A DNA stretch of 64,000 nt from Candidatus Nezhaarchaeales archaeon (GTDB lineage: Archaea; Thermoproteota; Methanomethylicia; Nezhaarchaeales; JAWCJE01), in assembly GCA_038853715.1 (NCBI GenBank), contig JAWCJE010000010.1:378-64377 (forward strand). Direction: 5' to 3'. This document shows positions 1 to 9,851 of this stretch, piece by piece (position 1 is the stretch's first letter; every line of letters starts with the position of its first letter). The translations under genes and the position numbers were made by a program. The notes beneath the pieces are model-generated. The model was not told the DNA's origin, did not search any database, and was given only the letters and a program-made list of their open reading frames with translations.

Positions 1-215
1 TGAGGGACTCGAGCAGCCCTATTACTATAGCCGTTGACTCGAGCGGTGTTAGCGTTCATAAGTCTGGTGGATGGGTTACGCGCGTACACGGTAAGAAGAA
101 GCGCTACATCAAGATCCACTTCGCAGGTTAAGACTAAGGAGGTTTTAGCTATGGAGGTAACAACCGACGACGTTCACGACTCGGAAGCAGCATTAAGGAT
201 TGCTACGCTTACTGG
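1..215 (+). mobile_element. IS5-family (IS903-like) transposase relic, DDE region, frameshifted and truncated
   Basis: One frame reads RDSSSPITIAVDSSGVSVHKSGGWVTRVHGKKKRYIKIHFA. After a frameshift it continues VKTKEVLAMEVTTDDVHDSEA. These match the IAVDSxG / KxHxAVD / EVT..HD motifs of IS5-type transposases. Confidence 0.8.
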
Positions 216-1325
216 TTAGAATAAGGACATCCGAATGAAGCATAATCCACATATTATGAATAGTAGTGGGAATAACGCTTTACGTGAAGGGCTTAGGGGT
301 GAAACGTCGTCGAGGGGTCCTGGATGGCCTCTTAAGGCGGTCATAAGCCCGAAGATGGCCATGACGGGCGATATGAAGATGGCCATGAAAAGCGTCGCCA
401 CCATTGAGATCGCGCTGTGAAGCCTTCTACCGGTTACTGCCCTTAACACGTGACCACCGTCAAGTTGCCCTATGGGTATCGCGTTAAGCAACGTTATGAT
501 GGTGCCGACCCAACCCGCAAACCCTACGGGGTGTAGGAGTGGCACGTAGTCTTCGCCAGCCTCGGGCATTAACCATCCGATTAAAAGCATGAAGACCGGA
601 CTAACTGGGAGCTCCGTAGGAGGTTCTGGAAGCCGTGCTATTAACGCGCTTGGTACTAGCACTGAAAGCTGGATGCCTATAGCTGATATCAATACGGCTG
701 TTATAAAGCCTACTAATGGTCCTAGGAGACCTAGGTCGAAAAGCTGATCCCTATTAACCGGTGGCGACTCCTGAAGTATTACGGCCCCAAAGGTCCCTAT
801 GGGGAAGAAGGGTGGTATTGGCGGAGCAGGTATGAAGAGTGGAGGTGTAGACTTTATCCCATGGTAGAGGCACGCAATCTTATGGCCTAGCTCGTGAAGC
901 CCCACTATTAAGAGGAGGGCTAACGTGTACGTTGGTACTACTAGCCATGGATTCATATTCGGCATTAACTCTTGAAGCACGGGGCTTAGCGTAAACGTAA
1001 ACCCGGCGAGAGATACCGTCGCAATGGTAGCTAGGAATAGGAGCTTGCTTAAACGCGTCCATTGCCTCTTACGTTTAACCATCGCCGGGAGGACCCTGAG
1101 AATTACTTGGCCACCCTCCCTCCGTAATATGGGGGTTAAACCCATAGGGATCAGCTTGAAGTTTAAGTCTAGGAAGCGCCGCTTCATATCGGGCTCCAGC
1201 CCTACCTCGTAGGTTAATGAGCTCAACGAAGGCCAAAGGTTTAGAACCTTAAACCTCGACTTTACGAGCTGATCAGCGGTGGCTAGCGGCTCCGGTAGGC
1301 TCCACATATGAGGCTCGCCCTCCAC
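216..1325 (-). CDS. Site-2 protease (peptidase M50) membrane metalloprotease
   Basis: HELGH zinc motif, NAIPIGQLDGG motif, multiple TM segments. Confidence 0.93.
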   Translation of the reverse strand: MEGEPHMWSLPEPLATADQLVKSRFKVLNLWPSLSSLTYEVGLEPDMKRRFLDLNFKLIPMGLTPILRREGGQVILRVLPAMVKRKRQWTRLSKLLFLATIATVSLAGFTFTLSPVLQELMPNMNPWLVVPTYTLALLLIVGLHELGHKIACLYHGIKSTPPLFIPAPPIPPFFPIGTFGAVILQESPPVNRDQLFDLGLLGPLVGFITAVLISAIGIQLSVLVPSALIARLPEPPTELPVSPVFMLLIGWLMPEAGEDYVPLLHPVGFAGWVGTIITLLNAIPIGQLDGGHVLRAVTGRRLHSAISMVATLFMAIFISPVMAIFGLMTALRGHPGPLDDVSPLSPSRKALFPLLFIICGLCFIRMSLF

Positions 1326-1594
1326 GTATGTCTCCCATTAAATTAACCTAATTGGCTGAAAAGTCTTTCTAACCCGATCATTAAACATGCTTAAAACTGT
1401 AAGCGTCACTCGATGTAGAGCCAGCGCGATCTACATTAAGCTTGACGTAAAACCTTACGCGCGTAATTAACTGGTTACACTTTTAGCTTCCAAGTGCTTC
1501 ATGCAAGCAGTTTATAATTAGGTTTTAAAACACGAAAAGTAAAAATTTGTTTATACATCCGTATCCTAAATACGCGTCGCTGGCTGGTGTTAGG

Positions 1595-2065
1595 TTGAGC
1601 TTTAACATTAGGGGGTTCAGACCGGAGGATTTGGATCGCGTAGTTATGATAAATAGATCCACTCTACCGGAGAATTACCCGCCAGATTTCTTCCTTTTTC
1701 ACTACCGTGAAAATCCGCGCGCCTTTATGGTGGCTGAGGTTAATGGTGAGGTTGTCGGCTACATTATGTGCAGGGTGGAGCGTGCATTTCAAGGGTTCAA
1801 GAAAGGAGTGATGAAGAAGGGGCATATAATATCGATCGCCGTACTACCTCACGCTAGAGGTAGAGGTATTGGGAGGGAGTTGTTACGTTTAGGTCTTCAA
1901 GCTTTGAAGGAGTACGAGGCGGACGAAGCGTACTTGGAGGTTCGAGTAAGCAATAAGGTAGCTATAAACCTCTATAAGTCCATGGGCTTCACGGTAGCTA
2001 AGAGGGTACCCGCGTACTACGCTGATGGGGAGGATGCGTACTTGATGGTTAAACCCCTTAAATAA
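1595..2065 (+). CDS. rimI: RimI/Ard1-type N-terminal acetyltransferase (GNAT)
   Basis: LPENYP, GHIISIAV, RGRGIG, LEVRVSN..AI.LY and YY.DGEDA motifs. TTG start at 1595 preferred over 1547. Confidence 0.92.
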   Translation: MSFNIRGFRPEDLDRVVMINRSTLPENYPPDFFLFHYRENPRAFMVAEVNGEVVGYIMCRVERAFQGFKKGVMKKGHIISIAVLPHARGRGIGRELLRLGLQALKEYEADEAYLEVRVSNKVAINLYKSMGFTVAKRVPAYYADGEDAYLMVKPLK

Positions 2066-2208
2066 GAGCTACGAGGTAACTACTTAACGATATAGGTGAA
2101 CGGTTTTAAGATCCTATCCTTCAGGTTAGCGAGTAACCTTCACCCTGAAGGTCGGAGGCTTGAATCTATGCTAAAGCTCGACTCTATAACGTTAAGTTTA
2201 ACCTATGC

Positions 2209-2231
2209 TTCCGGTGGAGGCTCCACTAGAA
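2209..2231. promoter_or_regulatory. Tandem 11+1+11 palindromic (mini-ORB-like) motif
   Basis: TTCCGGTGGAG-G-CTCCACTAGAA, intergenic. Confidence 0.5.
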
Positions 2232-2390
2232 CTTAAGTGGAGTTTGATGTTTCAAGCCGTCGATAAAAAAGTGAGGTATTGTATTGCTTTGGATACGATG
2301 CAAAGGTTTTATGATGACCGCTAAGTGAACTTATAAGGTCTTTATCGCCGGGTTTAGCTATAGCTACTTCTTCTAAGTACGGCGTAGACC

Positions 2391-3746
2391 TTAAAAAGGC
2401 CGATTTAACCCTGTTTGAACAGGGCCGAGGCCGATAGCTAAATAGTTAACCTTACCTAGGTACTCCCTCGGGTCGTAGATACGCCTACCGTCTACTACTA
2501 TCGGGCGCCTCATAAGCTTTAGGTAGTCTTCGGGCTTTAACCGTTTGAATTCATCCCACTCGGTTACGATTATGCAGCAATCAGCGCCTTTAATACATTC
2601 AAACGTTGAAGCAGCGTATTCCACCTCCTCGGGCAATATCCGCTTAGCGTTAGGTATTGCTACTGGATCGTAAACCACTACGTTAGCCTCCTCCTTTAAC
2701 AGCTCCTTAACCACCTTAATCGATACGGCTTCACGCATATCATTGGTACCGGGTTTAAAGGATAATCCGAGGATTGCGATACGCTTACCCTTTAAGCCGT
2801 GAAGTGCTTCCTTAGCGAGCTCTACGGCCTTAAGCGCCTGCTTACTATTAACCGCTTCAACGGCTTTAATCAACTCAGGTTCATAGTTTAATTGCTCCGC
2901 GAACCTAATTAACGCCTTAACGTCCTTAGGTAGACAGCTTCCTCCATAGCCTAGTCCAGCGTTTAAGAAGCTTGGTCCTATCCGTTTATCTAAGCCTATG
3001 CCCTTAGCAACCACGGTGACGTCGGCATTAGGTATTCGTTCACAGATGTTCGCCATGGTGTTTATGAAGCTTATCTTCATCGCTAAGAAAGCGTTACTGG
3101 CGTATTTTATAAGCTCGGCGTTTACCATCGTAGTCCTCAGTATGGGTGGTGCTTTAGCGTAGAAGGCGCGGTAGAAATCCTCGAGTAGGCTTCCAGACTT
3201 CTCGTCGTACTCACCTATTATGATTCTATCGGGTTGAAACGTATCGTATACGGCTGAACCCTCCCTTAAAAACTCGGGGTTTACGCATAACCCAAAGCCT
3301 TCGCCGCAACGTTTACCAGCTTCCTCTTCAATAACCCTTTTCACTAAATGTTCGCTTGTCCCTGGTGGTACCGTGCTTTTAACAACTACTAGGTGGTAAT
3401 CCGATTTATCGCGAAGCGCTAAGCCTATTTTCCGTGATACGTCCTCAATCTGGCTAAGGTCCGTACTACCATTAGGCTTTCCCGGCGTACCAACGGTTAT
3501 GAAAGAGGTACTAGTAGCTCGTATGGCTTCTTTAAAGTCTAAGGTGCAATTGAAAAGCCCTTTACGTAGGGATTCCGCGAGTAAGGTGGGTAAGCCTTCC
3601 TCATGGATTATGGGTATGCCTCTATTTATCGTTTCAACCTTTTCATGCTCAACGTCCACTCCGATTACCTTAAAACCCCTACTAGCGAAGCATACCGCGG
3701 TGCAAAGACCTACATACCCCATGCCGAAGACGGAGATGCCTCGCGT
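2391..3746 (-). CDS. ugd: UDP-glucose/GDP-mannose 6-dehydrogenase (probable ACG start)
   Basis: GMGYVG Rossmann motif, VKSTVPPG, NPEFLREG, GYGGSCLPKD, GLSFKPGTNDMRE. The first beta strand (GISVF) lies upstream of the called ATG at 3722. Confidence 0.92.
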   Translation of the reverse strand, partial: TRGISVFGMGYVGLCTAVCFASRGFKVIGVDVEHEKVETINRGIPIIHEEGLPTLLAESLRKGLFNCTLDFKEAIRATSTSFITVGTPGKPNGSTDLSQIEDVSRKIGLALRDKSDYHLVVVKSTVPPGTSEHLVKRVIEEEAGKRCGEGFGLCVNPEFLREGSAVYDTFQPDRIIIGEYDEKSGSLLEDFYRAFYAKAPPILRTTMVNAELIKYASNAFLAMKISFINTMANICERIPNADVTVVAKGIGLDKRIGPSFLNAGLGYGGSCLPKDVKALIRFAEQLNYEPELIKAVEAVNSKQALKAVELAKEALHGLKGKRIAILGLSFKPGTNDMREAVSIKVVKELLKEEANVVVYDPVAIPNAKRILPEEVEYAASTFECIKGADCCIIVTEWDEFKRLKPEDYLKLMRRPIVVDGRRIYDPREYLGKVNYLAIGLGPVQTGLNRPF

Positions 3747-3938
3747 AGAAAACCCCGTTAAGCTTAGGCGTTAGCCCTTAATAGCTTTAACCTAGGGAGG
3801 TAAGGTTTCAACTGAAAGTTAAGCTTTAACTCTGCTGAAATAGCTAAAGGTTTACATGGTTTCTACCGGAGCCTTCGATGGGAATTAAGCGAGCCTTTTT
3901 AGGTGGGAACGGCTTAAGCTGTTAAGGGGGTTTTAAGC

Positions 3939-4817
3939 GTGGCGTTCACCGTTCGTAAGGCTGTAATACCGGCGGCAGGTTTAGGGACTAGGCTTCTACC
4001 GGCAACCAAGGAGATGCCTAAGGAGATGCTTCCAATCTTCGTTAGATGTGGGGATGGTAGGATCCGCTTAAAACCTATGCTTCAAGCTATCTTCGAGCAG
4101 CTCTACGACTTCGGGTTTAGGGAGTTCTGCTTCGTGGTTGGAAGAGGTAAAAGAGCTATAGAGGATCACTTCACGCCGGATAGGGAGTTCCTTAACTTTT
4201 TAAGGGAGAAGCGTAAAGACGATGCAGTTAACGATCTAGAGGCCTTCTACGAGAAGATTAATAGTTCAAGCATAGTTTTCATCAATCAGCCTGAACCGCA
4301 CGGTTTTGGGGACGCCATACTTAAGGCTAAGCCCTTCGTAAAGGAGCCCTTCTTGGTTCACGCTGGCGATACGTATATTATCTCGCGCAACCTAAGCCAC
4401 CTGGTTAGGCTTATGAGGCATTACGAAGGCCTGAAGGCTAAGGCTACGCTCCTAATTCAAGAGGTTGAAGACCCTAGGCAGTACGGTGTTGTAGAGGGCG
4501 TTGAAGTTGAAGAGGGCGTATATAGGGTTAAGAGGGTTGTAGAGAAGCCTGAGAAGCCGCCTAGTAGGCTGGCGATAATGCCTCTTTACGTTTTCGCGGA
4601 AACTATTTTCGACGCCCTCGAAGTAACACCGACCGGGGTTGGAGGCGAGGTTCAACTTACCGATGGTATTCAAAAGCTAATAGATTGGGGGTTTAACGTA
4701 GTAGCGGTTAAACTAGCGGCTGAAGATATTAGGTTGGACATTGGAAGCCCTAAAACGTGTTGGGATGCCTTAAGGCTTTCGTATAAGGCTTTCGGCGGCG
4801 AGGAACAGTATGAGTGA
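3939..4817 (+). CDS. galU: UTP-glucose-1-phosphate uridylyltransferase-like sugar nucleotidyltransferase
   Basis: KAVIPAAGLGTRLLPATKEMPKEMLP, VEKP, GEVQLTDGI. Confidence 0.88.
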   Translation: MAFTVRKAVIPAAGLGTRLLPATKEMPKEMLPIFVRCGDGRIRLKPMLQAIFEQLYDFGFREFCFVVGRGKRAIEDHFTPDREFLNFLREKRKDDAVNDLEAFYEKINSSSIVFINQPEPHGFGDAILKAKPFVKEPFLVHAGDTYIISRNLSHLVRLMRHYEGLKAKATLLIQEVEDPRQYGVVEGVEVEEGVYRVKRVVEKPEKPPSRLAIMPLYVFAETIFDALEVTPTGVGGEVQLTDGIQKLIDWGFNVVAVKLAAEDIRLDIGSPKTCWDALRLSYKAFGGEEQYE

Positions 4818-5850
4818 GGATAGTATTGAGGAAGGCGTAGAACGCGTATTATCGGACTTAAACCTCGAGGAATTAAACGGTAAAAGGGTCCTTGTAACCG
4901 GCGGCGCCGGGTTTCTAGGTAGCTGGATGTGTGACGTACTGGTTAGGGTTAAAGCGCGGGTGGTTTGCCTCGATAACCTATCGGGGGGGAGGCTTGAAAA
5001 CGTTAACCATCTCCTAGGCTTAGAGGGCTTTAAGTTCGTAATGGGTGATGTATGCTCGTTTAAAAGCGACGAGCGATACGACTACATCCTCCACTTAGCA
5101 AGCCGCGCTGCACCCGAGGAGTACCAGCGCTACCCTATCGATACGCTCTTAGCCAATTCGTTAGGTAGCTTAAACGTGCTTGAGCTAGCTAGGAGGAATG
5201 ACGCGACAATACTCCTCGCTTCAACCTCCGAGGTTTACGGCGATTCGGAAGTAGTTCCTACCCCGGAGGATTACTGGGGTTACGTTAACCCGGTAGGGGT
5301 AAGGTCCTGCTACGATGAGGGTAAGAGGTTTGCCGAGGCTCTTTTCATGGCTTACCATAGGCAGTACGGGCTTAACACTAGGATCGTTAGGATATTTAAC
5401 ACGTACGGCCCTAGGATGAGGGGGGATGGATTCTACGCTAGGGTAATACCTAGGTTCGTAGTGCAAGCCTTAAGGGGCGAGGACTTAACGGTTTACGGTG
5501 ATGGAAGCCAAACCCGCTCATTCTGCTACGTATCGGATACCGCGGCAGGTATGCTACTCGCATTGTTAAAGCCAACAGCTAAAGGTGAAGTTATAAACAT
5601 CGGTAGCCCATGGGAAATAAGCATCTTGGAGCTGGCTAAAAAGGTAAAGGAAATGGTTAAAAGCGCCTCCAACATAGTTTTTAAGCCCCTACCACCCGAT
5701 GACCCTAAAAGGCGGAGGCCCGATGTTCAGAAGGCTAAAAAGCTACTCGGCTGGGAAGCTAAAGTTAGACTTGAGGAAGGGTTAGCGAGGACGGTTAACT
5801 GGTTTAAGGCGCATATCGGTTTAGGTGCTCGCGGAGCCCATCCCCGTTAA
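4810..5850 (+). CDS. UDP-glucuronate decarboxylase (UDP-xylose synthase)-like SDR
   Basis: TGGAGFLGS, ASTSEVYGD, YWGYVNPVGVRSCYDEGKR, RIFNTYGPRM, DDPKRRRPD. Confidence 0.9.
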   Translation: MSEDSIEEGVERVLSDLNLEELNGKRVLVTGGAGFLGSWMCDVLVRVKARVVCLDNLSGGRLENVNHLLGLEGFKFVMGDVCSFKSDERYDYILHLASRAAPEEYQRYPIDTLLANSLGSLNVLELARRNDATILLASTSEVYGDSEVVPTPEDYWGYVNPVGVRSCYDEGKRFAEALFMAYHRQYGLNTRIVRIFNTYGPRMRGDGFYARVIPRFVVQALRGEDLTVYGDGSQTRSFCYVSDTAAGMLLALLKPTAKGEVINIGSPWEISILELAKKVKEMVKSASNIVFKPLPPDDPKRRRPDVQKAKKLLGWEAKVRLEEGLARTVNWFKAHIGLGARGAHPR

Positions 5851-5855
5851 CTCCT

Positions 5856-6092
5856 TCACCTTTCCTCCACGGGTGGGTGCGGCGAGGCCAGTTTCATTAA
5901 GGCTGATAGGAGCTTGTATTGAACCCCTTTATTTAACGATCGGTTGTAGGCTTGTATCCTCCTTAAGGCTGAGGCCAGCTCAAGCTTATTCTTAACGCCA
6001 GCGTCCGCTTCACGCTCGAACCTTTTAACCACCATTTCCACTAGAAATACTGGTTCTGAAGCTAGTTTACGAGGCCCCGGCGAACGCTTCAA
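5856..6092 (-). CDS. Small hypothetical protein
   Basis: 78-aa ORF filling the gap downstream of menA on the same strand. Confidence 0.45.
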   Translation of the reverse strand: MKRSPGPRKLASEPVFLVEMVVKRFEREADAGVKNKLELASALRRIQAYNRSLNKGVQYKLLSALMKLASPHPPVEER

Positions 6093-6169
6093 CCTTAGCT
6101 AATGAAGGGCTTAACGAGTGGTTAATAGGGGTCGATGGAAGGGGCTTAAAGTCTTGCTTAAACGGCCCT

Positions 6170-7066
6170 TTAAAGCCTCAAGGGAGAAGCCAGTAGAAAA
6201 CCGAGGGCCATTAACGCTTGGGTTAATAGGACGGTGACAACGTTTGCGCTTAACGCCTTAACGACTTTATCGCTTGAATGGTGTTTAAGCGCGCTGCTTA
6301 CCGCTTTAATAGCGAAGGGCAGGGTTATAAGGCTGATGAGTAGGGAGGGGGGCATTAAGTTAATCGCCGTGAAGATCAGTATCCAGCAGTAAGCGGCCAT
6401 GGTGAGGGCGCCGTAAAGCTTCGCGGCTCTAGGTTTTCCCAGCGCTATTACGAGGTTTCTTCTTCCATGCTTTGCATCGGGTTCCACGTCGGGGAACTCG
6501 TTAAGAAAGAGTAGGTTAAACACCAGTATGAAGGGGGGTACCGAGGCCGCCGCGGCTGTAGGGCTATACGTACCGGATTGAACGAAGTAAGCCCCTAGGA
6601 CTGGTAGTGCCCCTAGCCCTAAGCCAGCAAACACTTCTCCAAGCATCCACCTAGCGAGGTGCGTCGTGTAAAAGTAGGTGGCTATAGCGCCTATCACTAC
6701 GATTGGTAGAAGCAGAAGGCCCCTAACGGCGATGAAGTATACCCCTATCATAAGCCCGAGTAGGAGGCAGACTACGCCAAACCTATATACGGAGGTTGGG
6801 CTAAGTAGTTGGGCCGGGAGAATACCGCTACCTCCGCTAAAAGGCGTTCTTCTAGCCTCTAAGTCTATACCTGACTTGTAGTCAAAGTAGTCATTAAGCA
6901 CGTTTACGCTAATATGGAGAAGTAGTAGCCCGATAAGGGCTAGTAGGAAGTATATTGGGTTGAAGAAGCCCTCGTAAACAGCCACGGCCGTACCGAGGAG
7001 GATTAAAACAACCGAGAGAAGTAGGAATTGAGGCCTTACTTCAACGAACCATATCTTTAACTTCAC
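6170..7066 (-). CDS. menA: UbiA-family prenyltransferase, MenA-like
   Basis: NDYFDYKSGID, PFSGGSG, NEFPDVEPD motifs, many TM helices. Confidence 0.8.
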   Translation of the reverse strand: MKLKIWFVEVRPQFLLLSVVLILLGTAVAVYEGFFNPIYFLLALIGLLLLHISVNVLNDYFDYKSGIDLEARRTPFSGGSGILPAQLLSPTSVYRFGVVCLLLGLMIGVYFIAVRGLLLLPIVVIGAIATYFYTTHLARWMLGEVFAGLGLGALPVLGAYFVQSGTYSPTAAAASVPPFILVFNLLFLNEFPDVEPDAKHGRRNLVIALGKPRAAKLYGALTMAAYCWILIFTAINLMPPSLLISLITLPFAIKAVSSALKHHSSDKVVKALSANVVTVLLTQALMALGFLLASPLRL

Positions 7067-7181
7067 GTTAAACCGCTCCGCCCAAGGCTTTAGGGGGTAG
7101 GTATTTAACCGTTTCGACCCCCTTTAACCTCATTAAGGCTTGTCCTCGTTAAAGCCGGTAACCGGCTTCTTACTGCACCTC

Positions 7182-8342
7182 TTAATAGGCGTTGCTTAAT
7201 AGGTGGATATTCCCTATTACCACGTTGTTTAACCCTTCCCTTTTAGCGGCCTTTAAGGCTTCCTGAGCGTGGGAACTACTCGTTGTTGGGAGGTCGTGGA
7301 TCATGTAGCAAGGGTAGAAAGCTAGTAAGCTATAGGGGATGTTGGGGTTTAAGCTCGCTATGAAGCGAGCTATGCTTTTAACCTCTTCAACGTCGACGTA
7401 GCCCGGTACTAGAAGCGTACTCGCGGTAAGTAGCGGCGGGTTTAAGCGTTCTCCTATAAGGCTAGCTACAAACCTAAAGTTTTCGTAGATAGGCTTATTG
7501 GAGACGCCGCATAGCGCTTTATAGATTGGTTCTGACCAAGCTTTTAAGTCAAACTTTATGTTGCCGCCTGTTTTAAGCGATAGTTCAACGGCCTTCTCAA
7601 CGGCCTTCCTACTCATAAGCCCATTCGTCTCCCAGCAGATCCTTAGAATACCGTTCCACTGTTTAGCCCTTTTAATGGCTAGCTCGCTGGTTTTAATGGC
7701 GTGAGGCATCTGTGGTGATGGATCCCCGCCGAAGTAGCATATACAGGAAACCCTTTCGTTAACCTTGGAGGCTAGTTCTTCAGCGGTTAAAATAGGTGTT
7801 CCACGGAACGCTAGCTCCCTATAACTCCAGTTTTGGCAGAATAAGCAATCGAGGGAGCAGCTACCATAGAATACGGCTAGGTTATTATACCCGTATTCAG
7901 GGCCGTTTAAATAGGCGTACTTAGGGTAACCGGACCCGGTACAGCCTGGACATGTGAAGGCTGCTACGCAATTAGTAGGTAGGGGGTCGTAATACCACTC
8001 CAATAAGCCTTTATCCGGGGTTCCAGCGATCCTTAAAATGTTGCCATCCTGATTTCTAGCTAACCCACAGTAACCATAACCGCCTATTGGAATACGGCAA
8101 TCGTTAGCGCAAAGACCGCATAAAGCCCCCTTCGGGTCCTTGGGGGGTTCCTTCGGGAGGCCGTACCTACCACGGCTTTCTCGGTGTGCCTCCATAGCTA
8201 TTGGTAAAGCTTCCGAGGGCCTATCCTTAAGGCATTGGGCGCAAACACCTATGGCGGATGCGATAAGCTTACTTCTAGCTCCACATACCTTACATTCTTT
8301 CTCCTTAACCATTAGCGGTTTAAGCGTCCTAAAAATAGTCAT
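7182..8342 (-). CDS. Radical SAM protein, PFL-activase-like
   Basis: CSLDCLFC motif, GGDP, WETNG, additional N-terminal Cys clusters. Confidence 0.88.
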   Translation of the reverse strand: MTIFRTLKPLMVKEKECKVCGARSKLIASAIGVCAQCLKDRPSEALPIAMEAHRESRGRYGLPKEPPKDPKGALCGLCANDCRIPIGGYGYCGLARNQDGNILRIAGTPDKGLLEWYYDPLPTNCVAAFTCPGCTGSGYPKYAYLNGPEYGYNNLAVFYGSCSLDCLFCQNWSYRELAFRGTPILTAEELASKVNERVSCICYFGGDPSPQMPHAIKTSELAIKRAKQWNGILRICWETNGLMSRKAVEKAVELSLKTGGNIKFDLKAWSEPIYKALCGVSNKPIYENFRFVASLIGERLNPPLLTASTLLVPGYVDVEEVKSIARFIASLNPNIPYSLLAFYPCYMIHDLPTTSSSHAQEALKAAKREGLNNVVIGNIHLLSNAY

Positions 8343-8456
8343 AGTATCACTCTGATAAGTCCCTATATATTCATTTAAAACCGTAGGTAATAAGGGATAC
8401 GAAGTACCTCCAATAACCCCGTAGCGGTTAGGGTTCTAGGCTTCGATACGGCTATG

Positions 8457-8672
8457 TTAACTGTTAACGGGTTTACTTTTTTTAAGTTTGACGTACATCC
8501 CGATGAGAAGTACTGTTGGAAGGTAGAAAACTAAGACCTCGAAAACGGGGTCGAAACCTAGGGATACGCCGAGTAGTTTTACCATGATGAGCGTAACGGT
8601 TAAAGCCGTCATGATTAAAGCTGAAGCTAGTAGTGCTACTTCCTCATCCTTATCCAGCGCCATAAGGGCCAC
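8457..8672 (-). CDS. Small two-TM membrane protein
   Basis: Two hydrophobic segments and a basic tail. Confidence 0.5.
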   Translation of the reverse strand: MALMALDKDEEVALLASALIMTALTVTLIMVKLLGVSLGFDPVFEVLVFYLPTVLLIGMYVKLKKSKPVNS

Positions 8673-8821
8673 TCAGCCTGACCATCCAAGGGTTTTTAGC
8701 GTCACGACGCCATGCGGGGGCTTCTTAGCTTCCTTAAAGGGGCCTTTAGACCTATCGTCCATATAGGTTCGGTACTAGGTTTAGGCTTTACGGTTTTTTA
8801 AAATTTATAATGAGGGGGGGT

Positions 8822-9109
8822 TTAAGGTTGGGGCTTCCTAACCCATCGATCTAAACGTTTAACCACCAAACCCTTCCTTTGAAGGGCGCCTAGTAACGCG
8901 TAAACCTTACTCGGCTTGAAGTTTAAAGCGTTAACTAGCTCATCAACGGTGGTTTTACCTGCTTCAAGTGCCTTTAACAACTTTACCGCGTCTTCGCTTA
9001 AGCCCTCGTATTGATGCGCCTCCTGATGAAGCCTTATAGCTACCACGGCGTTAGCGTTAAACTTCGCACCGCATTTAGGACAATACCAAGTCAGAGGCCG
9101 ATCCCCCAT
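8822..9109 (-). CDS. Zn-finger plus winged-HTH putative DNA-binding protein
   Basis: CPKC...HQEAH followed by TrmB-like TVDELVNAL..KVYALLGALQRKGLV. Confidence 0.65.
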   Translation of the reverse strand: MGDRPLTWYCPKCGAKFNANAVVAIRLHQEAHQYEGLSEDAVKLLKALEAGKTTVDELVNALNFKPSKVYALLGALQRKGLVVKRLDRWVRKPQP

Positions 9110-9139
9110 ATTATTTTTATCCCGTTTAATTAATTTACG

Positions 9140-9265
9140 GACCTAACCCTTAGGTATATTATGCTACTTGTATGGGTACTTTGATGCTAGCCTCTTGTAC
9201 CTTATGGTTATCCTTCCGAAGGCTTTTATTCACGCTAAGAACCTTTCAACAGCGCTCCTCCCGTT
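9140..9265 (-). mobile_element. IS5-family transposase C-terminal relic
   Basis: Minus strand reads GRSAVERFLA*IKAFGRITIRYKRLAS...IIYLRV, a degenerate form of the R..VERFFAW.K.FRR...RY motif. Confidence 0.7.
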
Positions 9266-9362
9266 AACTTTATCTCCTGGATTACTCACCTGAAAGAACG
9301 ACAAGCTTAACAATCCCTTTACCTCTGTAAAGCCTCTTACAAGCATCACTAAGTGAGAATAC

Positions 9363-9497
9363 TTGACATACGAGCTTGAGCAAGAAAGTATAATAAAAAT
9401 GCTTTTATCACGTAAAGCTAAGAATGTTTTACTTCAACTTCCTGATGGGTTAAAGCCCTACAGCACCGTTAAGGGTGGGTGGAAACGTGAAGGTTGA
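9363..9497 (+). pseudogene. dph2: N-terminal fragment of diphthamide biosynthesis protein Dph2
   Basis: MTYELEQESIIKMLLSRKAKNVLLQLPDGLKPY followed by an early stop. VLLQLPDGLK is the Dph1/Dph2 N-terminal signature. Confidence 0.7.
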
Positions 9498-9843
9498 AGG
9501 AAGGGCCTTCACACTGGCAGCGCTCCTAGCGTTCTTAGCGCTTCAGGCGGCCCAGCCCGTGATGGCTCAGGAGTTAACGGTTAGCGTCGATAAACGCTTC
9601 TACATGCTCGGCGAAACGGTGACTGTTAGCGGCTCCTGCCCGCGGGGCTCAACGGTTTTAATAATGGTTCGGGACAGCGTTGGGAGACCGGTGTTCACCG
9701 ATCAGCTATGGGAGGGCTACGGCGTAACCGGTACGAGCTACAGGACGAGCTTCAGGCCCCCCTTCAGCATATCCTACCCTAAACCGACGTGCCCTTTAGG
9801 CAGGTTTGGCTGTACTACGGAAACTACACCGTTACAGCTTTAA
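9475..9843 (+). CDS. Secreted/surface protein, probably truncated
   Basis: Signal peptide (LAALLAFLALQAAQPVMA-Q), then an Ig-like start LTVSVDKRFYMLGETVTVSG. The C-terminus looks out of frame. Confidence 0.5.
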   Translation: MGGNVKVEGRAFTLAALLAFLALQAAQPVMAQELTVSVDKRFYMLGETVTVSGSCPRGSTVLIMVRDSVGRPVFTDQLWEGYGVTGTSYRTSFRPPFSISYPKPTCPLGRFGCTTETTPLQL

Positions 9844-9851
9844 GGGCATCC

